A stretch of DNA of 64,000 nt from Eukaryota sp. GEM-RC1 (Eukaryota), in NCBI GenBank assembly GCA_040285855.1, contig JAUFOQ010000006.1:62001-126000 (forward strand), read 5' to 3'. Shown one piece after another: positions 24,742-38,627 of the stretch. Within the stretch, counting starts at the first letter, position 1; each line of letters starts with the position of its first letter. The notes under the pieces are model-generated. The model had not been told where the DNA came from and made no database searches. It was given only the letters and a program-made list of their open reading frames with translations. The position numbers and the translations under genes were made by a program.

Positions 24742-27700
24742 ATGGATTCCATCTGTTTGTCTGAATCGTTACTGACATTGATTTTTACAAAGCACTTGGA
24801 GTTTTGGCACAGTCGTGTTTGTTCTCATGATGTTCTCAAGAAGCTACCTCCAGTTACACTACCCCAATTTGCTCTAAATCTTGTCAACACTCTCGGGACA
24901 GTGAGTTTACGTGTGAGATCGGCACTTCTATGTAGCATAAGTTCGTTTTTGTCTTCCCAAACTCTCGCAGTGTTCAACCTCCGTAACCTTCATGAGCTAC
25001 TCGCTATTGGGCGTGCTTTGGATTCCAGTGTGTCTTCCTGTGATCTCTTTGTAGATGAACATGACTCTCTAATCCGTTGCTTTCACAACTTCCTTTCATC
25101 AGATACAGTTAGATCAATTACATATGGGCAGTTGTCAAGCACATCTCTTCCTCCACTTCTCCATGCCTACCCTAACCTTCAAAGAGTTACCGCCATGTGT
25201 GGTTTCACTGGTGACTTCGACAAGTTTGTTGACTCTTTGGTTCAACTTTCTCAATTATCTACATTATCTCTTTCCTTCACATCTCAATTTACCAACGAAT
25301 GTCTTAGTTCTTTGCCTAGATTTTTTGCTTCAAGTAAATCTCTACCTATCCTAAAAGAAGTTATTCTCTGTAATGTTCCCTTGAATTTAGACTGTGGACC
25401 TTTATTTGATACAGTTTTCAGTAATACACGAGTCCAAAAGTTTAAATTCACTAATTCTCTCCTCACTAAGCATTGTCTTGAGTCATTGCTTCTGAAAGTC
25501 TTTCAAACGTCAACTGATCTTAAAGAACTCATTATTAGTAACTGTGTCTTTGAATGGCACCGATCAACACGTGATATTGATTTCAGTCAATTGATTCCTG
25601 CTTTATCTCAACAATCAAATTTGAAGAAACTGGAATGGTCATTTTGGAGAGGGGAAAGTACTGGTCCGATTGCCCTACACGTAATCAAATCAATCAAATT
25701 TAACAAGAGTTTAGCTCAGATCTCACTTGCTGGTATTTGTCCGAAGTCTACGTACAGTACTCCTGAGTTGTTGTCAGACTCTTTTGCTAATGAATTAACT
25801 GCAATTGTCAATGAAAATGATGCAATCAAATATTTGGATATAAGTGTTAACAAGTTTTTAAATTTGCAATTCTCAAAGTTCTGTAAATCTTTAGAATCAA
25901 ATACCACTTTAATTCACTTAAAGCTGGACCTCTATTCATGCGAGCAAGTTATTACCTTGGTAAACTGTCTTAAAACTAACACAGTGTTGTCTGTTGTTGA
26001 TTTGAATGATTCTTCAATAGCTCCATTTGCTCTTAGTATTTTGAATCAATTGGTAAAATTTAAAAATGGTTCTCTCAAAATTTTGCTAGATTCTACTTGT
26101 CAAAAAGAACTGGATCGGCTAAATAAGGGTGTATATTGGATGGATCTGAAGTGTAATTGTGCTTGTTCAATTTGCCACTCTTTAAGTGAATTAAAAAACC
26201 GAAATATCTTAAAATTTGAAAATGTTCCACCTTATTTGATTGAAGTTATTATCGACACTGTTCAGAAGAGCTCAATTGTCAATCAGTTATCTGATTGTTA
26301 TTTAGTTTACTCGTCATCAGAAGAGTTTTCTAATGAATTTCTGCCTGCAATTCATTCAATGTCACTAAAACTACAGGATCAATACCAAATCAAGCTACAT
26401 TTAGACGTCTCTAAGCTAACTTGTAACATTGACGGAACTTGTTCTGGAGTTAATTTTCTTAGGGTTGGTAACCAGGTTAATTTAAATTTCTTGAGTGCTC
26501 AGTCTCAGGCATTGCAGCTATCAATCTTATTTGATAGCCCTTATGCTGGTGAGAAACCATGGGGACAATCATTGTCCAATTTTTCAAATTTGTTGAGTAT
26601 TGAACTCATAATCAATTTTCCATTGTATAATAATCACAAATTTTTAACTGAACTGTCCAATATTTTAAATGTTCTCCCTTTGGAAAACCTCACCATCAGT
26701 AGTAAATACTCTTTAGATTTCTCAAACGGCTTCTTTGAGTTTTGTTCAGTTATGGAGACTAATAATTCTATCAAAGTTTTGGATTTGAGTAATTCATTTC
26801 TTACTCCAGAATCATTTCAAAAAGTTGTATCTATTTTGGAATCAAATTCGACATTGGAGAAATTAATTCTCAAACAGTGTTTACGATCAAATCATCACGT
26901 TAGTCCGAGTTTTAATGTTTTGCCTTTGATTGAAAATTCTTCATTAAAAGAGCTCAGTTTTAACGAGTGTTTTAAGTACTTTTGTTCTTCTGACAACAAG
27001 TCTATGGGTATTCCTATAGAAATTTTAAAATCTCTCAATTTAAATTCGGGTTTAACAAATTTGTCTTTGGCATCTGTATGCCCATTGTCTTTTTTTCAGC
27101 TGTTTCTTCTGACACCTACACTCTTCATGTTTTCTCCAATCCTCAATTCGACCAATTATTGAAATTAGTTACTAATAATTCAAAAATTTGTAGTTTTGAT
27201 CTAAGTGGAAACCTCTTTACTGATTCACAATTTCAAATGCTTTGTTCCGCAATCCAATCTAATTCTTCTATTTTAACTCTCACATTAGATTTGATTTCTT
27301 CTGATCACGCGATTCCCTTAATTGAAGCACTTTCAAAAAATCAGACTATAAGTACGGTTATTTTTGGTAAGAATTCAATTTTATCTTCTTATGTGCTGTA
27401 CATTTTAACTAAAATTTTGGACTCCAGGCCTGTTGAAATTTCATTCCTTTCCCCAGGAACTCAATCTATTTTCGATTCAATTGTTGATGGAGAAGGTTGG
27501 GAATATTTAGAAGTTGAAACGTCATGTTGTTTAACAATGGCTCAAGTGATTCAACAAAAAGAAGTTCCAAAACTTAAACTGCTCAATCCTCTTGGTGTTG
27601 GTCTTGATATTTTTTCGGTCTCCCTTCAAAAGAATTCCTTTGTTACTTTAATTTCTATTGAATATAATAACTTGGATTTATTTACAAGTGTTAGCCGAGA

Positions 27701-27968
27701 GCTAATTAAGTTCTTTTCCAGCCTGGATCCAGCTAGAGATGTGACCTTGGAATTAGATCTTAGTAATATTCAAATATTTGATGGAATTTTCAAAGTTTTG
27801 GGAATATTATTGGACAATCAACTATCTCTGGATGTGATTGTTCTTAATGATGATCATGAAAGTTCCTCTGATTTTGCCTCCTTCCTTAATCGGCTGAAAG
27901 TGACAAAGGCTGTGAAGAAGTTAAAAGTTAAAACTTGGAGGACAACAAAAGTTATTTATCTAAAGTAG
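24742..27968 (+). CDS. RNI/NLRC3-like leucine-rich repeat protein (frameshift near 27090)
   Basis: Repeated L..N.TL..L.L / LDLS.N motifs in ORFs 24742-27162 and 27078-27968. The shift falls at a T-run. Confidence 0.8.
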
Positions 27969-28623
27969 GTTTTTTCTGTGTACATGTATATTAAATATTT
28001 AAAATAGATTACATATTATTCAACTTGACTTATGTCACAAATCTATAACACGCTAATTTTACCTCCTTTTGAATTAACCCTGACCATCACGATGACGTTA
28101 CCATGATTTCTGGTAATACTTGGTACTGTTCATTCCTATTATAACGATTCACTCAGATCATTGGTAAGCATGTAATTTGAGGGCTATTCACATTCTGTTT
28201 GCGATTACGTTAACTTCTACTAGTAGTAGAATCAGATTGAATCTGGGTGCATGTGTTTGGGAAAAATGGTATTTAGGATGTATTTAGGTATTCTTGAAGT
28301 AATTCTAAAAACTTAAAACTTACACGATTCAGGAGTTATGTCTAGATCAATTTCAAATTTTAATTCAAATTTTAATTTTGTACTGTGAACTAATTTTGAA
28401 GTGTACATGTTAGAATATTTTTATAGTTTTTCTTTGTTACCTTAAAAAAGCAGACACCTGTAAATGTTGATTCAATGTCTTTTCAACAGATTTTCAATAG
28501 AAAAATAGGTATAATACAAAGAACTATTTCAATCTAAAATCATCTTGAAACAAAGCAATAAAACTGTTCATATTGTTGACAAACAACTTCCACATCATCA
28601 ATTCAATCAATTTAAATACCAAA

Positions 28624-29459
28624 CTACTCAGCCTTTACTTCCAAGTTCCTTAACCACGAGCTAGAGAGCTTCACGTCATCACCGACCATTAAACTGCCTA
28701 CTACTCTGATATCAAGGGCTGGGAGACCTCGAGTCTTTCTTTTCTCATTGATTCTGTATACACTGTCAATAGTTTCTTCAGAGGCGATAATCATGGCGTC
28801 ACTGATGAGAAGAGCGGGACCAGCGTCATCTGAAAGAGGTAAGAGCTCAATCAAAACACGGGGAGCAACATCAGTCAAAAATGATTGAACGCTTCCACAG
28901 CGCTGTTGGAAGGACTGAATGTGAGAGGAATGAGTTTTGTCTTGAACAAAGTCATCTTCAGTAATACCCACGATGAGTTTACCAGAGCATGACAAGGCAG
29001 CGCAGTGAAGGAGGAGACGGTGGCCATTGTGGAGTCTGTCAAAAGTACCTCCGACGAGGACGGTTGGGAAGGTGGTGAGATTTGGTTCTTTAGACGGGGA
29101 GTAGTAGTCAAGATGAGGATGTTCGCAGTGAATTGAGAGCTTGTGGAGAACGAGTGGGGGCATGGAAAGTTTAGAGCGGCCTTCATGTATTCCAGCAAGA
29201 AACTCTGGGAGTTCAGTGTCATAGAACAGAGTCTGGATATGAGGATCTGCAAAAACGAGGGTCTGCTAGGGCAGAAGTAAACAACTGAATTAAGATGGGG
29301 ATTAGCGCGAGTAATGACCGAATACACTCGAAGAAGAAGAGTATGGAGATCCTCCCATGAGAACTTTTCCACTCTACCATTGAACTGAACGAAGAGGCAA
29401 GCCGAAGAGAGTGACGCACACGACTCGATCAAAGACAACGTGTGGTATTTAAAAGCCAT
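28624..29459 (-). CDS. Phosphopantetheine adenylyltransferase (COASY/Cab4-type cytidylyltransferase fold), split by a shift or intron near 29160-29250
   Basis: VLVGGTFDRLHNGHRLLL (HxGH), LIVGIT, ASEET, INEKRKTRGLPAL, KLSSSWLR. Confidence 0.85.
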
Positions 29460-30512
29460 TCCAAGACTGATTTCTACAGCACCCAACTGAACAAGATCTC
29501 TAGAAGCATTGTCGAAACTATTTTGAGGAGGCATCATTTGTTATTGTTGCTATTCAGATGTTCTGCTAGTGGCAAGGACAACTCGTGAATTTCATTAAAT
29601 TTGTTTTGACTGTATGAATGAATGTATGTATGTATGTATGTTGTCGCTATGCGACACAAACTAATAAAAATATATGCCATTTTTTCATATGCTAGTGATT
29701 CGTTTAACGAAACTCTGACTTTGTCTATTTAGATATGACTTAGTAGAAAACCATTCTAGAAAGAAACAGTATTGGACTTATGAAAAACTTTCAGAAAAAT
29801 GACGAAATTCGACGTTTAATCAAATAAACAATAATACAGGAACAAACAACTCAAGATCAAGTAATGATAGTCATATAAATACATAAAATAAAAGCACTAA
29901 ACCGAGGGAAGACTGTACTATAAAACCCCATTAAAGATGACAAAAGATAATAATTAAAAAACAAGAAATTATTCAGAAAGACAGTAATACTTGTTAATGG
30001 AAAAACGTAATTCTTTTGAAAACTTCTACGATAAACCAGCAAGAGTCACAAAAAGTTGAGGTTCCCAAAGCAATAAAACGGCAGAAAGGAAAGAAAAACA
30101 GTACCTAATGTGGTATTAAATTAGATAACCTAACTACTTTGAGCAAATCAATATCAAAGAACCTTCCAAAACAACAAGAGAAGTAGAAAAACGGATGAAC
30201 AACTTCTCTTTTCTTTCACACTTCAAGATCTAATTCTGAAGTAGAATCATTGAAGTTAAAGTCAAAAGCAGGTTCCTCTATAACAACTAAATTATCATAA
30301 ATATCCATTTTCAAGAGTGAATAAATAATTTTAACAATGAACTTAGAGTTAACACCAAAAGGAATCCGAATATTATTTAAAAATTCAGACACAAATTCAG
30401 AAATTTCTCTTCCAACTTGATATTTTTTCTTTCGTCTTTTTTTTTCTATTAATGGCATTTAATATAGGTACCTCTTCTAAAACACGGTGTTTCAACAAAA
30501 TTAAATTATGAA

Positions 30513-31010
30513 TTAAAAACAATTTTCCATCCACAAAAACGGTTCTTCTAGAGGGGACTCATTGTAGAAGTTCAACATGTTTGAAAGACATTCTTGCTTA
30601 AATTCCTCATATGTTTCAGCATAAGTATCTTCAAAATCCTTGTAGATTTTCTTCACAAAAGTGTGTCGGTTGATGTGAAAAGTATCTGCAAGGAACTCTA
30701 GAACGTAGTCAGACAGCCAGGTCTTGGAGGTGAGAAAGAAATTAAGGTAGTAGTAGTGGGAGAAGTAAGTAAACCTCCTGGGATCAAGAGTGTCTAATTC
30801 TAAGAGAGAGTTAGCTAGGGAAAGAAGTTTGGATTCATGTTGATTTGGGACATATGGATAATTCAGGATGACGGCAGACGGTGCTCCTGGAGATTGGGAA
30901 GAAAGGGTAGGGGAAGAGGAGGAATCTGAAAGGGACGCATTGGAGGAAGAATCACAAGAACTTGACAAGTCACTGGTAACATCAATAACTTCAGGTGATG
31001 ATGAACTCAT
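30513..31010 (-). CDS. Hypothetical protein with Ser-rich N-terminus
   Basis: Open frame from MSSSSPEVIDVT, followed by an aromatic-rich helical region. No family recognised. Confidence 0.35.
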   Translation of the reverse strand: MSSSSPEVIDVTSDLSSSCDSSSNASLSDSSSSPTLSSQSPGAPSAVILNYPYVPNQHESKLLSLANSLLELDTLDPRRFTYFSHYYYLNFFLTSKTWLSDYVLEFLADTFHINRHTFVKKIYKDFEDTYAETYEEFKQECLSNMLNFYNESPLEEPFLWMENCF

Positions 31011-31357
31011 TGGAGTGTTAAGAGATTCATGTTTGACTATTAGTAGGAGTGAAGAAGAAGAAACTGTATCAACCAAAAAAAACGATGGTGGTCCTCTTAA
31101 ACCATATCAAATCATTTTCTTACTGGGTGTTGGTTTCCAGATCTTGTGCTGCAAGTTCAATATATGCCAAACGTTATGAATTTAAAGTAGTAACATCTGC
31201 GATTTCTCCTAAACGATCAATCTTGTATTGACATGTGAATGTACTAGTACTACGACGATTACTACATACAGATTCAGAATTTGTGAATAATTTAGAATCA
31301 AATGTCCAATTTAGTTAAACAATTGGAAACTAAATTCTTAAATTCTTCTCTTGACAT

Positions 31358-31991
31358 ATGAAAACCAACACCGACCTTCTTCGAGAACTAATGACAAGAC
31401 AATCTGATCTCTCCCAAAGTGTCATTGATGCCATGTCTAAGATTGATCGCAAACACTTTGTACCTCCCAAATTATCCTTTTCAGCGTACGACGACTCTCC
31501 ACTCTCTATTGGTCTTAATCAAACAATTTCCGCTCCACATATGCATGCTATGATGGCAACTGATCTTGAAGAAAAACTGTTTCCAGGAAGTAATGTTCTT
31601 GATATTGGTGCTGGTAGTGGTTACCTGACAGCACTTATGGCTGAAATGGTCGGCCCAACGGGTCATGTAACAGCAATTGAACGTATTCCAGAACTGACCG
31701 CAATGGCACAACACAATCTATCACATTATCCTCACCTCTCTAAAAAGAATCACGTTAGTTACTGGAGATGGCAAGCTGGGGTTCAGGGAGAACGCTCCTT
31801 ATGATTGCATTCATGTTGGGGCAGCAGGAGCCATTCCTCCAGAGTTGATACGGCAATTGAAAGTTGGGGGATTACTGTCTATACCAGTTACTGAGGGTTC
31901 TAGACAAAATCTCAAGCTAATTTCCAAGAAAGAGGATGGATCCTTGTCGATAAGAGATCGTTGTGGTGTAAGATTTGTTCCTCTTGTTTGA
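31358..31991 (+). CDS. PCMT1: Protein-L-isoaspartate O-methyltransferase (frameshift at A-run 31742-31746)
   Basis: AYDDSPLSIGLNQTISAPHMHA and VLDIGAGSGYLTA, then in the shifted frame GDGKLG..NAPYDCIHVGAA..QLKVGG..VRFVPLV*. Confidence 0.93.
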
Positions 31992-32552
31992 TGACGTGAT
32001 CTGGTTTGATGACGTGATAATTTCTTTTTGTATATTTTTCTGTATATATTGTGTACGAGTGAGAATCTTTTCTTGTACATTGATATATGATAACGAATCT
32101 TTCCAAGTATAATGTTCAAAACTATGATTAAGCAACATTCTATTGCAATGTATTGGTATTGATCTTTCTATTCACTATTGATGGTCAATCGATACTGATT
32201 GTCAATCATTATAGTTGTTTACATTGAATTACAGTTGTTGTATAAAGCAACCAATAATAAAGAAGTCGTATTGGTTTCAACAGTTTTCTCAGTACAATTG
32301 TCTTTTCTGGAAGCACTGACTGCTGTTAAAATTGAACTAATTCAAAATTAAACTGCAAGTAACATCATAATTTATCATCATGACTATTCTTTAAACAAAA
32401 ATCGATCAACATTGTCACTAAAATATTTGAAATTTTTGAAATTCAAAAGTTATGATTTAAGGTTGTTTTCAGTGCATGTAGTTCAAAATGAAACATCACT
32501 TAATAGTGAACTTGTTAACTTGTTCGAAAACAAAAACTTAATGTTATTATAC

Positions 32553-35091
32553 TTACCAAAACGACCACCGGATACGATTTTTTGAGATCTTATTGATATA
32601 AGTTTGAGTTTGATGGTCAATAGGATTCTTCCGAAGATTAATTTCCATTATAACAAGATTATCTTTCACCGCTTCTGCCAATGCCACAGCACCTTCATTC
32701 CCAATAGAATTTGATTGTAAATGCATCATGGAAATTGTAGATGTATTTTTCAAAACTTCCGCCAAAACCATCGCACCGTCATTTCCGATAGAATTGGACT
32801 GTAAAAAAACCATGGAAATACTAGAATTAACTTTCAACAGTTCGGCTAATACTTTAACTCCATCCAATCCAATGGAGTTGTGTTTGAGAACAATCGTAGT
32901 TAGTTTAGAATCAGAACTGAATTGAAGATGACCAAACAGCTTTAAAAGGACATCATCAGACAATGAACAATTATTGAAATCAATGGAAGTCAATGTCTCA
33001 TTGGTCCTTATTAAATCACGTAAACTGTTGAGTGCATCGTCGTCAGCAATACGACATCTAGTAAGTGAAAGTTTTTAACTTTGACACTCACCAAAAAGGA
33101 TTGTAGAGAAGAAATTTCTCCTGCAGTTATTGTAGGCCATAAAGTTTGTGGAAAATAAGAAAATTCGCGTTTTCTAAAACTAAAAACATTAGGAAAGAAA
33201 CAAAGGTCAATTACCGATCTATACATACATCGGATTTGAATATAGTAGAGGACACTTAAAAAACTTTGATGCTCAATGTCACGACATTCAACACTCATAA
33301 TAGGAACATCTGCCTTCAAAGCATCTAGTAGTAGAGCTAATTCAACATCTGTAACTTGATTTTCATAAGAAATTAGTCCCTGATGTCGATTAATAGAATG
33401 AGGAGGAACGACAACTCCACATATCATTGAGTTTGCTGACGTGGCGAGCTGGAAAATCCCGACAAGAGTTTTAAAAGTCAAAGAATTCTTGTCGAGACTA
33501 ATATAATGTAGACATGATGTTGATTGAATATCAGCAAATATTTTTAAAACATCGTCATCAGACAGCTTACAATCATCGAATTCGACAGAAAATAAAGTGG
33601 TATTGACCCTGAACAAATCACGCAAACTGTTGATTGCATTTTCAGAAAATCGACACTTTTTTAAAATAAGACTTTCAATATCATGGTTTGATTGTAAAAT
33701 CGACTGTAAAGAGGCGATGTCTTCAGCTGAAACATCCGTATGAATTGAAGGTGAAAAACAAAACTCACCGTCATCAATGTTGACAAAATGAGGAGAAATA
33801 TTAAAATCTATAACGGAATTATAAATAGTAAAAACTTCAATAAATTCTAAAATTTTCGCCAAAGACGGATTTTGCCAACCACGGCATTTAACACGTTTAA
33901 TGGGAAGATTTGATTTTAAAGCATTTAAAAGTACACCAATATCATCTTCATTAAGAAGATATTGATAATCAATAGTACCAGTAGAAATATCAAGTGAATG
34001 TGGGAGAAAATCCAAATTGCAATTATAAGAATTTGAATAAATGACTTCAAAACATTTGATTAAAGAACTAAACTTCAAGTGAATCATATAAAATTTACAG
34101 AGTGTAGAATTCTGTTGAAGTCCTTGAAATATTGGAGCAAAAAGAAAAGTTTGACACTCAAAAGGACTAAAACAAAAAGAAGTCAACCCCGTGTTCTTTT
34201 CCAACATCTCTGCCAAGGCAATTGTCTCTTGTTCAGACGGATTTTGTTTGCCATGTGATATCACTAACGTATGAAGCGTAGTGTTACTCTCAAGTGCTTT
34301 ACAAACTGATAAAAGTGACGAGCTACCTTCCGTAATGAAAAGTGATTTTAAAACGGTATTGACTTTAAAAACATTGGCGAGAAGTTCGGTACAAAAGTCA
34401 GTACACAACATTGTTACTTCTTTTAGAGAAGAATTGTTCTCAAGCGCAACAAGCACGCGAGAATCAAGAGACTCATACCGAGTAATAGTCAGAGATTTTA
34501 AATTTTCACTGCTAAAGAGTGGCACGACAACAGAAGAATCGCCCTTTTCTTGACTCTTCAATGATACATCTGCTTCCTGAGTTGAACTACTTTTGGATAG
34601 AGAGGTGAAAAGACGAAGTAGATCAGAATTGTGAAGAGAACATGTGTGATCCCTCAATTTGATCCTTTTCAATGTCCTGTTTGTAGTGAACATGTCACCA
34701 AGATCATTGGCATGTGATGGACGGAAATCATAAAAATCTAAGTCCAAATCATGAACTGACGAGTTGTTCATGAGTGACTTACAAAACAAAGATAAACTAT
34801 CTTCAGAATAAACAGAGATAATGAGACGTTTAACTCGTGGTAAAAACTGGGGGGAAGATTCTAATAAGAAGCCAGATTGGCTAAATGTAGACAGACCCAT
34901 TTGAACCAATTCAACGGTGTGACATAGAGGTAGGATCCTCTCAGGATTAACACGGAACTGATGATCAATCAGGTAGATGGAATGTATATGAGCGTCAAAG
35001 AAAGAAGAGATCTTGGAAAAACGAAAAACACTACCAAAATCTGAAAGAAGCTTCCACAGAAGACACAAAGACACAAAGTTATAACTATATG
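32553..35091 (-). pseudogene. 3' part of an NLRC3-like LRR gene interrupted by the 26-kb element (frameshift near 33075)
   Basis: LRR motifs (LQSNSIGNDGAMVLAEVLK). The frame stays open up to the junction (YSYNFVSLCLLW...) and joins the 5' part at 61349-61716 in frame. Confidence 0.85.
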
Positions 35092-35092
35092 T

Positions 35093-36094
35093 ACAACATT
35101 TGTAACTACAACATTTGGTGATACAACATTTGTAATGACAACATTTGTAACTACAACATTTGGTGATACAACATTTGTAACTACAACATTTGTAACTACT
35201 GTCAACTACTGAATAGAGCCCCTACCGATTAGAGCCCCAGAGACAAGGGGCTCTAAAACAGAGCCCTACTGAATAGAGCCCTTAATTAAAAACACATCAC
35301 TAATTTAAATATAAGATATTGAAACTAATAAATCGCTCTATTTAAGAAAACTGAATAGACTAGTCCACATCAATTTTTTTTTACCATGGATCCAAAATCT
35401 CATCGTTCAAGAGCAGGAATTTCAAACCACCGACCCCGTCTTTCAAAAAGAGACGTTCTCAAGCGCAAATGACTGTTTGGGTTTAAACAAAAGATACTTA
35501 TTGAGCTAACAACTGAAAAAGGTGAAAGCTACTGTGCTTTCAGAACCACTGAATTTGATTGCTGAAGACGTTCTAGCTTAATTTATCTGTAACTCATAGA
35601 CTTGACCCATAAAATCACCGAACAATCAGTGGTTATTTAATCAAAAGTGAGCTTAAAAAACTACTGAATAGAGCCCTCACTTATAGCGGCTCTAAAACAG
35701 AGCCATACCGATTAGAGCCCTACCGATTAGAGCCCCTATGTAATTTTTTTGTGGCTCTAAATTAGAGCCCGGGCTCTATTCAGTAGTTGATAGTACAACA
35801 TTTGGTGATACAACATTTGTAATGACAACATTTGTAACTACAACATTTGGTGATACAACATTTGGTGATACAACATTTGTAATGACAACATTTGGTGATA
35901 CAACATTTGGTGATACAACATTTGTAATGACAACATTTGGTGATAGAACATTTGGTGGTACAACATTTGGTGATACAGCATTTGTAATTACAACATTTGT
36001 AACTACAACATTTGGTGATACAACATTTGGTGATACAACATTTGTAATGACAACATTTGGTGATACAACATTTGGTGATACAACATTTGTAATG
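35093..36094 (+). repeat. Left-terminal array of 27 x 15-bp units (ACAACATTTG + TAACT/GTGAT/TAATG), interrupted by a MITE
   Basis: 7 units at 35093-35197 and 20 units at 35795-36094, with an exact 15-bp period. Confidence 0.95.
35199..35793. mobile_element. 595-bp TA-targeting (Tc1/mariner-like) MITE nested in the 15-bp array
   Basis: 23-bp TIR CTGTCAACTACTGAATAGAGCCC (1 mismatch). TA duplicated at 35197-35198 and 35794-35795. Removal restores a perfect repeat unit. Internal AGAGCCC(C)TAC repeats. Confidence 0.92.
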
Positions 36095-36198
36095 AAAGTG
36101 TCGTATGTGGAATGAATTGTTGACATTGATATTTTTTTCTTCTATATATAATGTCGTTAAACACAACCAATACAATATACAATCTCAGTTTATCAAAC

Positions 36199-38627
36199 TT
36201 AACTAACACTACTATATCCCCCCATCACCCTCGCAAACATCACAGCCAACGAAAACGACTCCTTATATCCAATCCCGCAACAATACTCACACATCACTTC
36301 ACGAAATTCATCCAATATTCCCAAACACTGTTCATCACAAACCAATTCATCATTTAAATCTAGTATCGACACAACAAAAGTATTGGTCAACGACAACACA
36401 TAAAAGTACTTCTCCTCATCATTCAAATGAAAACTCAAAATTTTGGCCACTATTAAATTTAAATCTTTTAACAACTGAAGTTTCAAACTCATATGTGATT
36501 GACAGTCTGATGTTGAATCATTTGGTTCCAGTGCAGTGGTACAATATTGTGGACAATTGTGAGAACCTTTGTTTCTGTCTGCATTGCAATACTATGAGTA
36601 TTGTTCAAGTTGTTTTCAAAATCTGTCTGAAGACCAAGTGAATTTGTTATTCTGTTGATAGATGCAGTGTCCTCATGATCTGTAACTTTTTTTGATAATT
36701 TCAAACTAGGTAAATTCAAATTTGGTTTGAGAGTATTTCGAGACAATAGATTTGGTCTCAATTTAGGCAAAGTACTAACTGTAGTTTTTTTCAGTTTTGG
36801 CACAGGTTTGTGAAAAATTAAATCAGAATTGATGGCACTTACACTTTGATCATTGAGACAATCATCGTCATCATTCACAACAAAATCATTCATACTAGAC
36901 GACGCATCGTCATCATCATCAGTTTCATCATCTCCACTATCACTTCCAGAGACAACAACTTCATTATCGAATAATTCTAAAACTGAATCAGAAGTGGTAT
37001 TAAAATTGTCATTTTTGGAACATCTTCCACCAAATCTTCCTTAATTTCTTCACTGACTTGATCAAGAACATCAACAGTTTCCATACTATCACCAACACTA
37101 GAAATAATATTGGACGAAAATTCATCAAAAGTCTTCAACACAGAAGGCCAATTTCTAACAATTTTTTCATTTTGTAAAGACAAAGGATAAAGAGGTTTTG
37201 TAACTGGTCGACAGGGGTGAAAAGTGGAATAATACCACTGATAAAGATCCATCCTTGGCTTTGGAAATCTTGAAGAAATATCTAAAATTTTAATTGAGTT
37301 CCAATTCTTCACCCTACTCAATGTGACGTACAATTGGGCATACTCCCAAAAATTTAATGAAACTTCAATTCCTTCAATTGTTAGACCCTGAGATCTATGG
37401 ACTGTTATTGCCCAACAAGGACGAAGAGGATACTGCAATCGGGATGCTATAATTACAGGCTTTTTCTTCTCATTTAACACCTCAATTTCAAATTTAGTCG
37501 GAGTAATTTTGATTGGTTCTTCGTCCCTCCCGAATCTTACATTAATGAAATGTGAAGTCTCTGAAAAATCAATAATTTTGCCTTTTGGCCCATTTACTAG
37601 ACCCAGATCTGGTTTGTTTTGGGTAAACATTACCAAACCCCCGACGACACAGTGAAATTTTTGTTCGGCAAAATCGTTTAGCCTACTTGATAATTTTTTT
37701 ACATTTAAATCAACAGCCTTTTCCATTTGTTCCTCATTAGGCTTACCAAATGCCCAACTTTTACCAATTTCTGATTTAATTAAGGTTTCATTGAACTTAT
37801 CGAGGGAATGAAATTCAACATTTTCATTCCCTTGTTCAGATAATAATTCAAATTGCTTTAAATTTTCGTCGGCGACATCCTTGTTTCTAGCAAATAATTT
37901 GGTTGGACTTTCAATATTTTTGGCTAATGAAATTTGTTTCATATAGTCATCAAAAAGTCCGAGACGTATTTCATTCAAAAAATAAAAAAATTGACATCAC
38001 TTTCTTGTCGAATACTTCCAGATAATTCAATAAAATTTAAATTCAAATCCTTCCAAGACTGTGATGAAAACGTAAAGTCTGAAAGTTGAAGGACATTACG
38101 GGTGTTTGAATCAGACTTTACAATTGGTGCAAGTTGCAAAAAATCACCAAAAATTACAACTTGAAGTCCACCAAATGGTAACTGAGACTTTAGTAAATCT
38201 TTAAATATATCAGATGCTCTGTTGAATAATTCAGCAGTCAACATTGAAATTTCATCAATAACAAGCATTGAATTTCTGGCAGTAATAGATCTTAAAATAG
38301 ATTTAACACTCGAAGGCATAGAGCGAATGACATCAGATATTGGTTTTTCATAACGGATAAATTATAACCAAAGAGAGAGTGTAGTGTTTGACCACCAAAG
38401 ACAGTTGAAGCAACACCAGTAGTAGCAGTAAAAAAGACATGGCCACCTGGTCTCATTATCTTGGAACCCGCATTAGACCACCACTGTTTAAGACAGTACA
38501 GTAGGTAAGACTTGCCCGATCCGGCACCACCAGTAATGAAGAAATTCTTACGCTTAGAAGGTCTAGCATGAGTTATCGCTTGGAAGACCTGAGCCTGTTC
38601 GTTTGTAAGTGTGTTGATAATGGACAT
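36199..38627 (-). CDS. PIF1: PIF1-family SF1B DNA helicase with acidic/low-complexity tail and Cys-rich C-terminus (several frameshifts)
   Basis: LTNEQ, FFITGGAGSGKS, TATTGVA..GGQTLHSLF, LVIDEISML, PFGGLQVVIFGDFLQLAPI, IRQ, GLVNG, RLQYPLRPCWAITVHRSQGLTI, QLYVTLSRV. Linking the 36199-36893 ORFs is inferred. Confidence 0.9.

Noticed and set aside
29611..29640. (TGAA)/(TGTA) microsatellite
   Set aside because: Short simple repeat with no further structure.
35060..35078. 9-bp duplication AGACACAAAGACACAAAG near the left junction as the element's TSD
   Set aside because: Both copies are on the same side of the insertion and within host coding sequence.
35093..36094. CRISPR array, or real proteins from ORFs 34969-35205, 35776-36126, 35780-36175 and 35822-36115
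   Set aside because: Units are contiguous 15-mers with only 5-nt variable parts and no unique spacers. The ORFs arise from a stop-free period divisible by 3.
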